Source: an uncultured Victivallales bacterium (GTDB lineage: Bacteria > Verrucomicrobiota > Lentisphaeria > Victivallales > UBA1829). Taken from it: DNA of 64,000 nt. The stretch spans positions 101,957 through 165,956 of the forward strand of contig CALXSJ010000004.1 in NCBI GenBank assembly GCA_944391115.1, written 5' to 3'. The notes beneath the pieces were generated by a model. That model was not told where the DNA came from and ran no database searches. It worked only from the letters and a program-made list of their open reading frames with translations. Below, piece by piece: positions 1-9,265 of the stretch (its first letter is position 1; the number at the start of each line of letters is the position of its first letter). The position numbers were made by a program, and so were the translations under genes.

Positions 1-2428
1 GTTTATTCGAAATGCCGGGCTGCCCGACGCGCTTGCTGCCGCGCAGCACCTGCTCGTCATGCGGATTGTTTCCGCCGAGATCCAGAAGCAGATCCGTTGT
101 GAAAGTCAGATTCGCAAACGGAGTGAAACGGAACATCGTCCCCAGATCTCCGACGTGATTGAACCCGGAAGTCCGGTCGAAATGGAAGTCCCAGTAGTTT
201 TCGAGAGACATCCATTCATAAATCTGGGAGTCTCGGCGGGTCTGCAAACGGTTCTGCAATCCGAAACGGATGAAGTTCTGACGCTCGATCTGATCGACAT
301 CGTCAAAATAATACAGTTTCTTGTAGCTGACAGTCGGATCGGGAATCAGCGTGTAGTTGATGTAAGGCACCGCCACATGCCGCAGTCCGTCAATTTCCCA
401 GAAGGCGTTTTTCGGAGTCTGCCACGCGCGGTAGAACTTCGTGTTGGCTTCCAGCCCGAATTCCGCGGCGAAACGGTAACGGGCGCCGCCTTTGCGATCG
501 TAATTCTGAACCTTGAGATACTGATCCGGCCAGGAATCCAGATCGTCGGCGTAAATCATGGTATAAAGATCCTCGACATCAACGGAGCGTTTCGAAGACC
601 GGGAATACGCGGTGAACCGCCCGCCGGCGCGGGGAATCAGGTTGATCGCGTCAAACAGCTTGATCGGATAATAGAACATGTGCAGGGTGTCAAACCGGAA
701 GGCGCTGTAATCGCGCGGGTCTTCAAAATATCCGGAGAACGCGCCGGGGTTCAGGGCGGCGAGCCGGGCGGCCTTCTCGCGATCCGAGAGCGGCCCGGCA
801 AGAATCGCGCTCGCCTGCGCCTGTTCCGCCGGGGAAAGATTCGCCCGTTCCCTGCTGTAGATCCCATACAGATTCAGGTTCGGATTCTCCGCCCGGTCAT
901 AATCATAGCTCCGCCAGTTCATCCGGTAATAGCCGACGCTGGACTGCCCCTGGTAGTAAATGTTTTTGAACAGCTCCTGACGCTGGAAATCAAGACGGAA
1001 TTCCGGAAGGCGCTCCATGGTGCTGTCAAAGGAGTTCACTTTGACAACAGTCTGGAACGTTGCAGAAAAACGCTCGCCCTGATATTCCAGGGCGGCGAAA
1101 GTCGGCGGCTGGATATTGGAATCATACCGGGCCTTGAAATAATCCTCCAGGAAATTGTAGTCGCTGATCAGATCGAACTGTCCGCGGAAATCCAAACGCG
1201 GCGTCAGATGGGTCAGATTTGAGATTTTGAATTCAAAGCGGTCCCGCGGGATGCGATAGCGGCTGTTCTTCTTCACCCATTGCGGCATGCTCATGTCATC
1301 GGGGGCGTCACCGTGTTCGCTCTCCCAGAATTCGTAGGGACTGCGGTCATGGATGGAGTAGGCAAAAATCTCGGTCAGGGATTCCGGCGTCTGAATGTCG
1401 GCAGTTGCACCGTATCCGAAACCGCGTTCCTCATAAAAGTCCAGGAGCACGGCGGCTTTGACAAGCGCCGGTTCATCCAGAAGCTGAAACTCCTTGCTGG
1501 TCCGCAGATAATAGCCCCAGTCGGAGGAACTTCCGAATTCAAAACGGCCGCCGAAGGAGTTGGAATCCGCCGGCTTGTAGAATGCGGGGAACCAGAATAC
1601 CGGAAAATCCCACACCCTCACAATATTGTTGAAGGACCACGCGGAATGTTCCCCATGGTCGGGATTGTAATTGGTCACGCCGCGGTTCGCCTCGCGCGGA
1701 GACAGCGTCAAGGTGGAAGCGCCGATCGAATAATGGGCATTGTTGTCAAGCTCATATTCGCAGGTTGTCATCTTCGCGTCATGCAGTTTGATCTTGCCGT
1801 TCGGAAAACGCTCCGCAAATTTTCCGGAGCAGTACAGGAGCCCGGTCTTGATCATGAAATCACGGAACTCCAGAGCCCCTGTGTCCAGATTTCCGGATGC
1901 GCGGGCGGCCTTCATATAAGCAGCCGTCGTATAGACGGTGGCCTTGATCTTCTGCTGTCCGGTGGGCAGCGTTTCCACACCGTTGACAACCACCCGGCAG
2001 GCGGGATCCCGGAGCAGGTCGTCATACTCCTCCTGTGTCAATGTCACAGGTGAAGATGCCGTGCCGGAAAAAACGACATTGCCGGAAACTTCAAGATCTT
2101 TTGTCTCCAGATTGACCACCGCCTTGTCGCAGGTGATCTGAAAGTTGCCGGAACGGATGACGACATGCCCTTCCGCAATCAAATTCGCACCGACATACTT
2201 GTAGGAATCCGCGCTGGTATCCAGCTTCTCCCGGGAAAGATCGCCGACCTTGGGAAACGGAGTCGCCTTGAACTGAAGAGCATTTTTATCAAACAGACCG
2301 GTCTTTACGGAGGAATTGGACCCCTGCTGATATCCGTCCGCGTAGATGCGCCCGCAGACCATCAGGATGAATGCTCCCGTTATGACAACATGCGTCCGCT
2401 TGTTTTTTTTCTGCTTTCTTTTTCGCAC
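1..2428 (-). CDS. lptD: LptD/OstA-like outer-membrane LPS-assembly protein; C-terminus runs off the window start
   Basis: Absent from the ORF track because it has no stop inside the window. Hand translation of the minus strand from GTG at 2428 gives (M)RKRKQKKNKRTHVVITGAFILMVCGRIYA, which looks like a signal peptide. It continues with an OstA-like N-domain (GNFQITCDKAVVNLETKDLEVSGNVVF) and a long aromatic/Gly-rich barrel-type region (RQNFIRFGLQNRLQTRRDSQIYEWMSLENYWDFHF), open to position 1. Plus-strand ORFs 59..1222 and 1280..2053 are its antisense shadows. Confidence 0.65.
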   Translation of the reverse strand, partial: MRKRKQKKNKRTHVVITGAFILMVCGRIYADGYQQGSNSSVKTGLFDKNALQFKATPFPKVGDLSREKLDTSADSYKYVGANLIAEGHVVIRSGNFQITCDKAVVNLETKDLEVSGNVVFSGTASSPVTLTQEEYDDLLRDPACRVVVNGVETLPTGQQKIKATVYTTAAYMKAARASGNLDTGALEFRDFMIKTGLLYCSGKFAERFPNGKIKLHDAKMTTCEYELDNNAHYSIGASTLTLSPREANRGVTNYNPDHGEHSAWSFNNIVRVWDFPVFWFPAFYKPADSNSFGGRFEFGSSSDWGYYLRTSKEFQLLDEPALVKAAVLLDFYEERGFGYGATADIQTPESLTEIFAYSIHDRSPYEFWESEHGDAPDDMSMPQWVKKNSRYRIPRDRFEFKISNLTHLTPRLDFRGQFDLISDYNFLEDYFKARYDSNIQPPTFAALEYQGERFSATFQTVVKVNSFDSTMERLPEFRLDFQRQELFKNIYYQGQSSVGYYRMNWRSYDYDRAENPNLNLYGIYSRERANLSPAEQAQASAILAGPLSDREKAARLAALNPGAFSGYFEDPRDYSAFRFDTLHMFYYPIKLFDAINLIPRAGGRFTAYSRSSKRSVDVEDLYTMIYADDLDSWPDQYLKVQNYDRKGGARYRFAAEFGLEANTKFYRAWQTPKNAFWEIDGLRHVAVPYINYTLIPDPTVSYKKLYYFDDVDQIERQNFIRFGLQNRLQTRRDSQIYEWMSLENYWDFHFDRTSGFNHVGDLGTMFRFTPFANLTFTTDLLLDLGGNNPHDEQVLRGSKRVGQPGISNK

Positions 2429-2580
2429 AATACACTCATGATGAAAGTTACAGTTGAACATTACGCAATTTAATACTGAAACGGAAGGATTTCAAGGCGG
2501 GAAACAAAGAAACCCGGCTTTTCTGCGGGAAAGGCGCAGGAGGAAAGGAAAACGCCTCCACAGGATTCCGGAGCAGACAC

Positions 2581-3393
2581 TCATTCCTGCAAACCGTAAA
2601 GGGCGCGGAGATGCGAGGGGGACATGGCGCGATGCTTTTTAAAAATGCGGGAAAAATGAAATTCGTCTTCAAACCCGCATTCGCAGGAGATCTCGCTGAT
2701 CCGCATATGAGAGGTCATCAGAAGTTTCTCGGCATGCCGCAGACGGCACTCCAGAAGATACTGTCCCGGCGCCCATCCGGTCATCTGCCGGAAGATCCGG
2801 CGGAAATGAACATACGAGATGGAAAGCTTTTCCGCCTCCCGCTCAAAATCCCATGCGAGCTGCGGCGCATCGGCAATCTTCTCCCGCAGGAGATGAAGCC
2901 TGCGGACATACGGGCTGGAACTGCGCACGCATCCCGGAGACTGCTCCTGAAGCTGCAGAAGAAGCTCCTCCAGCAGAAGCACCGCCCGGGCATGCTGGGA
3001 ATCTCCCGGAATCCGAACATATTTCAGCAGAGAACGCACAGCCTCCATGAACGGCTCATTCGCGGTGATCCGGACAAACAGATTTTTTTCCCGGAGCTGC
3101 AGAAGACCGCTCCGGAGATAACGTTTCACCCGCTCCCCCTTGAAACAGATATGCGCCTGCCGCCGCTTCATTCCGGGCCGTGATCCGTAGGAAAAGGAAA
3201 CACCGGGATAGGTAATGAAGGCGAGCGGGCCGTCCGCGATTTCAACGGGATGGTCGTTCACCTTCGCGAAAACCTCCCCTTCAAAGATGTACTGAATCCC
3301 GTAATATCCTTCGAAGCGTCTGTCAACGGCGGAATTGTCCACCCAGTCGGAGATTCCGCAGGTGACGAAGCTGATATCGCTGAAATAACTCAT
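2581..3393 (-). CDS. AraC-family transcriptional regulator
   Basis: C-terminal AraC-type double HTH (ISYVHFRRIFRQMTGWAPGQYLLECRLRHAEKLLMTSHMRISEISCECGFEDEFHFSRIFKKHRAMSPSHLR). Start moved from the track start 3498 to ATG 3393 (MSYFSD) because GGAG lies just upstream. This ATG overlaps the stop of the upstream gene as ATGA. Confidence 0.85.
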   Translation of the reverse strand: MSYFSDISFVTCGISDWVDNSAVDRRFEGYYGIQYIFEGEVFAKVNDHPVEIADGPLAFITYPGVSFSYGSRPGMKRRQAHICFKGERVKRYLRSGLLQLREKNLFVRITANEPFMEAVRSLLKYVRIPGDSQHARAVLLLEELLLQLQEQSPGCVRSSSPYVRRLHLLREKIADAPQLAWDFEREAEKLSISYVHFRRIFRQMTGWAPGQYLLECRLRHAEKLLMTSHMRISEISCECGFEDEFHFSRIFKKHRAMSPSHLRALYGLQE

Positions 3394-5189
3394 CGTCTCC
3401 GCTCCGTTTCCGATTTTCCATCCGCAGGCGGAAGCAGTTTCTCCATGGCCTGAAGAATTGCCCCGGATATGGTTTTTCCCGCGGCGTTCTCCTCCCATTC
3501 CACGGCAGCGTCTGCGGAATTTTCCCCTTCCGCGCGGCCGGAGGGAACCGCGTTTCCGGAAGAATCCGGCGGAATCTCCCCGACGGTTTTCGATTCGATC
3601 CAGGAAATGGACTCATCGGAAATCATGACCGCCGCGTATTCTATGATGTCGCGGAATTTCTTTTTCACACCGAGAATCCGTTCGGAAACATCTCCGATAT
3701 TGCGCCGTCCGATCTCCACCGTGCGCCCCGGCACGAGGACGGCAAGAGTCTCGCCGACCGGAAAGGAAATGTAATCCTGACGGAACATGTCGGTAAAGCG
3801 GACGCAAAGAAGAATCGTCACATTGTGAAGCGCCTTTTTCCCGGTATTCGTCACATGCAGGATCACACTGTTGGTGAAAAATGCGGAATCAATGGCTATG
3901 TCCACCTCATTTTCCGGATCGGCGCTGATCCGGAAAAGATCGGTTTTCAGAAAACGGCTGGAGAAACGGAAATCGTCCAGGACCTTGTCCCATTCCCCCT
4001 GCATGCGCCGCCGGAAAAAGTGATCGAAGATCTTTTTGCGCGCGGCCTCGCGCCGGCCGTCCCTGAGCAGAAGGCGCGCCAGCTGGAAGTCCGGGCTGAA
4101 GTATCCGGATCCCGACATGATCGCGCGAAAGGCGTTGACAATGATCCTCCCCTCCATGGACTGATTGAGATAAGCGCGCTTCCGGTAGATGCCGAGTCGG
4201 TCGGTGAGCTCCTTCTGCTGCTTCGGGAAATACACCGCGGCCTGGGAGAAATCGGTGACCGCCTCGTCGGAACGGTTCATCCGGACTTTCACCACGCCGC
4301 GCAGAAGATGTCCCGGAGCGCTGGCGGGATACCTGTTCAGGAATCCGGCGATCAGACCGTCCGCGGCGGCGAAATCCCCCTCCCCTCCCCGCTCCAGCAG
4401 CGCCATGGCCAGAAGGATGTGCGCCTCCTTCTCATCCGGAGCAAGCCTGACCGCGGCGGACGCATTCGCAATCACCTCGTCAAGGCTGCCTTCCCAGGCG
4501 GCGAGATAGGCGCGGTCGCGCAGCGCGCAGAGCCGTTCCCATTCGCCGTAATACCGGGAGGAGAGAGTCATGAACTCAAACAGGAAATCAATGATCTCAT
4601 CCTGATTCCGGTCCACCCGGAGGCGCAGTTCGCCGCTCATCCGCGCCCGTTCCCGATGCTTCTCCCAGATTCTCTGCGCCTGAACGCGGCTGTAGGAGAA
4701 TGCGAGCGGATCCACAACGGAGGCGAAATCCAGCAATGCATCGCGCGCGGTATGGTAAAGGGATTTCAGTTCCGCTTCGGACGCCCGGTTCGAAAGCAGA
4801 TTCTTGTAGACATTGAAAAAGCGGTATTTGAGAAGCTGAACTTCCGGAGCGACCTTTTCCGGCGAATCCTGAACGATATATTCCGTCAGCTGTTCAAAGT
4901 TTCCGGCCTCCCGAAGCGCGGTCTCCATGGCAAAAAGCGCCTCCGCCGTGGTATCGGGATCATACTGCGGAGCCGCGCCGGCAAGGAGCTTTTTCTCCAT
5001 CCGGGCGATCCGCTGTTCCACACGCGGTTCCGCTTCGCGGATATATTCCGGCTTTTCATCCTGTTTCCACGGACGGACAAGCAGCAGAACGCAGAAAACG
5101 AGGAGAAGCAGAAAGATGCCGGAAAAAATCAGACACCCGCCTGCAGCCGGCGAAAACTTTTTCTTGTTCGGAACATTTTCTTCCGCCAT
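3390..5189 (-). CDS. Membrane-anchored hypothetical protein with helical-repeat (TPR-like) region
   Basis: 599-aa ORF with a single N-terminal hydrophobic anchor (CLIFSGIFLLLLVFCVLLLV). Middle has TPR-like helices (AHILLAMALLERGG, LLRGVVKVRMNRSDEAVTDF). No family recognised. Translationally coupled to the AraC gene. Confidence 0.65.
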   Translation of the reverse strand: MAEENVPNKKKFSPAAGGCLIFSGIFLLLLVFCVLLLVRPWKQDEKPEYIREAEPRVEQRIARMEKKLLAGAAPQYDPDTTAEALFAMETALREAGNFEQLTEYIVQDSPEKVAPEVQLLKYRFFNVYKNLLSNRASEAELKSLYHTARDALLDFASVVDPLAFSYSRVQAQRIWEKHRERARMSGELRLRVDRNQDEIIDFLFEFMTLSSRYYGEWERLCALRDRAYLAAWEGSLDEVIANASAAVRLAPDEKEAHILLAMALLERGGEGDFAAADGLIAGFLNRYPASAPGHLLRGVVKVRMNRSDEAVTDFSQAAVYFPKQQKELTDRLGIYRKRAYLNQSMEGRIIVNAFRAIMSGSGYFSPDFQLARLLLRDGRREAARKKIFDHFFRRRMQGEWDKVLDDFRFSSRFLKTDLFRISADPENEVDIAIDSAFFTNSVILHVTNTGKKALHNVTILLCVRFTDMFRQDYISFPVGETLAVLVPGRTVEIGRRNIGDVSERILGVKKKFRDIIEYAAVMISDESISWIESKTVGEIPPDSSGNAVPSGRAEGENSADAAVEWEENAAGKTISGAILQAMEKLLPPADGKSETERRR

Positions 5190-5318
5190 AAAAACGGTCC
5201 TGCAAACATTGTTTCAGAAAATGCGCATGTTCAAAACTGTCAAGACAAATTTCCCGGACAAGGAAAACGGGAAACCTGCGATCCGCGGGGAAGCGCATGC
5301 GCCGGATCGGTTCCCCCG

Positions 5319-6200
5319 TCAGAATTTCATCAAATCCTCAAACGTCCGGCAGAGCTTTGCAATGGAAACATGCTGTGACGCGGAATTGGTTTCATTCTGC
5401 ATGCTCAGAATGCGCGGACACTGTTTCAGCGCCGGGATCAGACTCTTCCAGTCAACCGTTCCCGTGCCGGGAAGATGGTGCTGGTCCTCATATCCGTTAT
5501 TATCATGCAGATGGCAGGTCACAATATGCGGAGCGAGCTTCCCGAAGGCATCCGGTTCCTGCACGACGCCGTTTTTCCAGCAGAGATTCATGTAGGAAGC
5601 ATATTTTGCGGGATCCTTGCCTGGCTTCTTTGCCATGACGTTCGCATGTCCGGCGTCAAAACAGCATCCGAGAACCGGCGTGTTGAAATAATGAAGGAAG
5701 TAAAGAACCTCGTCCGGCGTGTTGAACGGCTCGAAACTGTTTTCCAGGGCAATGACGATCCCGAGCTTCTCCGCCGCAGGAATCAGCTTTTCGAGGGAAT
5801 CGACCGCCAGCGCGCGCATTTCTCCGAGTGTCGTGTTCTTGTAGTAGCAGTCGTAGGCGCCGATATGCATCACGTAGGAACGGCAGCCGAAGTCGGCGGC
5901 ATACTCCATGCAGAGTTTGTGATCCTCGATCATGGCGCTCCGGCGGGGGCGGTCCGTGATGTTCAGGTCCCAGGCGGTGCCCCAGAGGCCGTGGCACTCG
6001 AACATTTTCATGCCGCTCTCCCGGAGCCAGCTGAGAAGAGTGGTGTAAAATCCGGGTTCCCGCACCAGGCGTTTCTCCCATGAGGTGTCCAGGACGATGT
6101 TTTCCGCGCCGTTGTCGGCAAATTCGCACAGAATGTTCACGATGAAATCATCGCTGATTTTCCCCCAGGGGAAAAAGTGGGACAAGGGAATTGTATTCAT
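5319..6200 (-). CDS. Sugar phosphate isomerase/epimerase (xylose isomerase-like TIM barrel)
   Basis: 293 aa with family-typical segments (IVIALENSFEPFNTPDEV, GCCFDAGHANV, VTCHLHDNNG). ATG at 6200 overlaps the histidine kinase stop (ATGA). Confidence 0.8.
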   Translation of the reverse strand: MNTIPLSHFFPWGKISDDFIVNILCEFADNGAENIVLDTSWEKRLVREPGFYTTLLSWLRESGMKMFECHGLWGTAWDLNITDRPRRSAMIEDHKLCMEYAADFGCRSYVMHIGAYDCYYKNTTLGEMRALAVDSLEKLIPAAEKLGIVIALENSFEPFNTPDEVLYFLHYFNTPVLGCCFDAGHANVMAKKPGKDPAKYASYMNLCWKNGVVQEPDAFGKLAPHIVTCHLHDNNGYEDQHHLPGTGTVDWKSLIPALKQCPRILSMQNETNSASQHVSIAKLCRTFEDLMKF

Positions 6201-8167
6201 GAATCGTTTCCTCCATTGTTTTCAGAAAACTGTTCTGCAGGCAGAATCACATCGAAAGCGGCGCCGCGCCCCGGCAGATTGCCGCACTGGAGCCAGCCGT
6301 TGTGCGCAAGAATGGTTCCATATGCCATGGCCAGTCCCATGCCGGTTCCCTTCCCGACGGGTTTCGTCGTGAAAAAGGGTTCGAACACCCGGGATTTCAC
6401 AGCGGGATCAATTCCCGTCCCGGTATCCTCGACGCGGATGACGCAGAGCTTCCGCGCCGGATCCGGCTTCACTTCCGGCGGCGGATCAAGTGCAATGCCC
6501 ATCGCCTGCGGGTCGCCGATCCGGATCGTCAGGATCTGTTCCTCGCTCTCCGTATTGGACTGCATCGCATCCTTGGCGTTTATCATCAGGTTGAGAAGAG
6601 TCTGCTGGAGCTGAATCGCATCGCCGCGGACGATGTACCGCCTTCCGTCGTCAAGAATCCGGAAGGTGATGCCGGACTGCGTGCCGGGGAGAAAGAGATC
6701 CGCGCACTTGTCCACGAGCCCGCGCACATCCACATCGGCATTCTGGTAGTTTCCCTTCCTCGCGAAACTGAGCATCTGCGAGGTCAGCGTTCCGGCGAGT
6801 TCCGTGATATGGTCGATCTTGTCCAGGTTGCGCCGGACATCCTCGTCCTCCACGTCGTGCATGTATCTGATGATGTCGAGATGCCCCTGGATGGCATGCA
6901 GATAGTTGTTGAAGTCATGCGCGATTCCTCCCGCAAGACGGCCGATCGCTTCAAGACGCTGCCGGTGCGACACCTGCGAATGCCATTCCTCGCGTTCGCG
7001 CTCCAGTTTGCGCCGTTCCGTGACATCCCGTCCGAAGGTAATCAGAAGCGGCGCGTTTTCAAACGGAATCATGGTGATGGAGAGCTCCAGCTCCGTCTCC
7101 TTTTCCGGAACGATAATGGAACAGGACACAGACAAATCCTCCGCCGTGCGCGGAAGCTCGGAATCGCCGCCGCGCTCCAGAAGATGGCGCCAGACCTCCG
7201 GATTCAATCCGGCAACCTCCTCGAACGAATGGTTGATGACCTCTGAAAAGGTATCCGCACCGAGCATTTTAAGCGCGGCGCGGTTCGCGTCGATCACCCA
7301 GCCGTTCTCATTCATGACGACAATCATGTCGCTGGCGTTCTGAACCAGCATCCGATAGCGTTCCTGCGATTCGCGGAGATTCTGCTCCAGCTTGAGAGCG
7401 CGCCCGTATCCGCCGAAGAATGCCAGAATGATGTCCAGCGTGCGGCGCGACTCTCCCGGATTTTCATGCGAGATCCTTGAAAGATAGATCGTCGTCGGGA
7501 CACTCAGGATCAATACGAAAATCGCACGGGCAAAATACGAAGTCGTGAGCTGTGCCCACCATGCGGACGAGCCCCAGTAGGCGATCGTCACAAACACAAT
7601 ATGGTCAATCAGCTGAATCAGCAGCAGAGAACCCGTCACGGTTACATACAGCCGGCAGCGGAAATTCATCAGACGCTGGAAGAAGATCGGCAGCAGGAAC
7701 AGGTCGAACGTCAGAGCAATCACCGCCGCCGCCATCATCCGCAGACTGTTCGAAAGCAGAAATCCGAAAGATTCCGTCACGATGCTCTGGGGCATCGTAT
7801 AGCCGGGCCAGGTGGTCTGCACCAGGGTAATCGAAGCCAGATAGGCGTAAAATCCGAGCGATGCCATGACGCCGATAATCAGACGCTGCGCGGCAAGCGT
7901 GCCGTCCGTCAGGTAGACCACCACGAGGACGGCCAGAAACGGCAGGAAGAGAACCGACGAGGAGAGAGAAAAATCCAGTCCCTGATAACCGATCATCATC
8001 CGGAGTCCGGAAGCGCCCGTCAGCTGGGTGAAAACCAGAAGGACGCCGGCGGCGATGTAAAACGGCGTGGAGCCGAGAACCTTGCGCAGACCGTGAAGAA
8101 TCAGCAGCCCCGCGAGAATGAACGTCATCTCCAGAAGAGTGAGACAGCATCCGTAAAAGATTTCCAC
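6197..8167 (-). CDS. Sensor histidine kinase (multi-TM N-domain, PAS, HisKA, HATPase_c); no receiver domain
   Basis: About 230 aa of hydrophobic helices, then a PAS-like segment (ERYRMLVQNASDMIVVMNENGWVIDANRAALKMLG). H-box GGIAHDFNNYLHAIQGHL. ATP-lid motifs LLNLMINAKDAM, EDTGTGID and GTGMGLAMAYG. Confidence 0.9.
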   Translation of the reverse strand: MEIFYGCCLTLLEMTFILAGLLILHGLRKVLGSTPFYIAAGVLLVFTQLTGASGLRMMIGYQGLDFSLSSSVLFLPFLAVLVVVYLTDGTLAAQRLIIGVMASLGFYAYLASITLVQTTWPGYTMPQSIVTESFGFLLSNSLRMMAAAVIALTFDLFLLPIFFQRLMNFRCRLYVTVTGSLLLIQLIDHIVFVTIAYWGSSAWWAQLTTSYFARAIFVLILSVPTTIYLSRISHENPGESRRTLDIILAFFGGYGRALKLEQNLRESQERYRMLVQNASDMIVVMNENGWVIDANRAALKMLGADTFSEVINHSFEEVAGLNPEVWRHLLERGGDSELPRTAEDLSVSCSIIVPEKETELELSITMIPFENAPLLITFGRDVTERRKLEREREEWHSQVSHRQRLEAIGRLAGGIAHDFNNYLHAIQGHLDIIRYMHDVEDEDVRRNLDKIDHITELAGTLTSQMLSFARKGNYQNADVDVRGLVDKCADLFLPGTQSGITFRILDDGRRYIVRGDAIQLQQTLLNLMINAKDAMQSNTESEEQILTIRIGDPQAMGIALDPPPEVKPDPARKLCVIRVEDTGTGIDPAVKSRVFEPFFTTKPVGKGTGMGLAMAYGTILAHNGWLQCGNLPGRGAAFDVILPAEQFSENNGGNDS

Positions 8168-8200
8168 CGCATCAGCGCCTTTCCCTGTTGTACCGCCGCC

Positions 8201-9265
8201 TTATTCCTGCAGAAACTTTCTCAGAAGCGCGGCGCGCGCGACGTCGCGGTTTTCCTGATCCAGTTCCCGCCCTTCGTATTTCTGGAGATGCGCGGCCTGA
8301 ACCAGAAGGAACAGTTCATTGACCGTATGAATGTTCACGGACCGGAACATGTTCAGGTCCACTCCGAGCCGCAGCGCGGAAAGGGAGTTGAGAGACTCGT
8401 CTCCGGAAATGATGTAGGAATGCTTCAGCAGTCCGTAAGCGCGCCCGATATGGTTCATCAGATGGTTCTGGCGGTTCGCAAGAAGCAGCGCGCGCGCCTT
8501 TTTTTCGTGCGTGATGATCTGCGCAATCACCGATGCAAGACGACGGATGATCTGCTCCTCGCTCTCCCCCAGCGTGCTCTGATTGGAAATCTGATAGAGA
8601 TTGCCGAGCGTCTGGCTGCCCTCTCCGTAGAAGCCGCGCGCCGCAAGCCCGAGCTTGTTGACTCCCTGCACGACGGCCTGAATCTGATTCGTCAGGACAA
8701 GTCCCGGCAGATGGAGCATCACGGAGGCGCGCAGCCCGGTTCCCAGATTCGTCGGGCAGGACGTCAGATAGCCGAACGTCTTGTCAAAGGCGAACGGCAG
8801 CTCCATGGAAAGCTCATCGTCCAGACGGCTGATCCTCCTCCAGATTTCATTCAGCTGAAATCCCGGAGCAAGCACCTGAAGGCGCAGGTGATCCTCCTCG
8901 TTGACCATCACGAACAGCCCCTGTTCACGATTCGTCACCAGCCCCGCGCCGCGGCGGGGATTCAGGAACTCCCGGCTGATGAGGTGGCGTTCCAGCAGAA
9001 ATCGGCGGTCCAGCTCGGAAAGCTCGTCCACCTTGAACTCGCAGGTTTCCGTCTCCTTCATGGAATCCGCCCGCTCCAGCACGCCGAAAACGGAATCGCG
9101 GACAGCCGTCAGGGAAACGTCATCGGAACGGACGGGAAACGGCTCTCCGGAAAGATTGCGCGCCAGACGGATGCGGCTGCTGATGGCGATGTCATCCTCC
9201 GGGCCGTTGTCCGTCAGCCAGCAGACAGGCTGACGGAACAGCGCATCGATCCGCTCATTCGGCAT
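8201..9265 (-). CDS. mcsB: Protein arginine kinase McsB (ATP:guanido phosphotransferase family)
   Basis: 354 aa. Motifs SSRIRLARNL, EEDHLRLQ and LTSCPTNLGTGLRASVMLHLPGL are typical of McsB/guanidino kinases. Confidence 0.9.
   Translation of the reverse strand: MPNERIDALFRQPVCWLTDNGPEDDIAISSRIRLARNLSGEPFPVRSDDVSLTAVRDSVFGVLERADSMKETETCEFKVDELSELDRRFLLERHLISREFLNPRRGAGLVTNREQGLFVMVNEEDHLRLQVLAPGFQLNEIWRRISRLDDELSMELPFAFDKTFGYLTSCPTNLGTGLRASVMLHLPGLVLTNQIQAVVQGVNKLGLAARGFYGEGSQTLGNLYQISNQSTLGESEEQIIRRLASVIAQIITHEKKARALLLANRQNHLMNHIGRAYGLLKHSYIISGDESLNSLSALRLGVDLNMFRSVNIHTVNELFLLVQAAHLQKYEGRELDQENRDVARAALLRKFLQE

Noticed and set aside
59-2053. Long plus-strand ORFs 59..1222 (387 aa) and 1280..2053 (257 aa)
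   Set aside because: Their translations are Arg/Gly/Pro-rich with no motifs. They lie exactly antisense to a minus-strand frame that reads as a continuous LptD-like protein, so they are typical GC-rich shadow ORFs.
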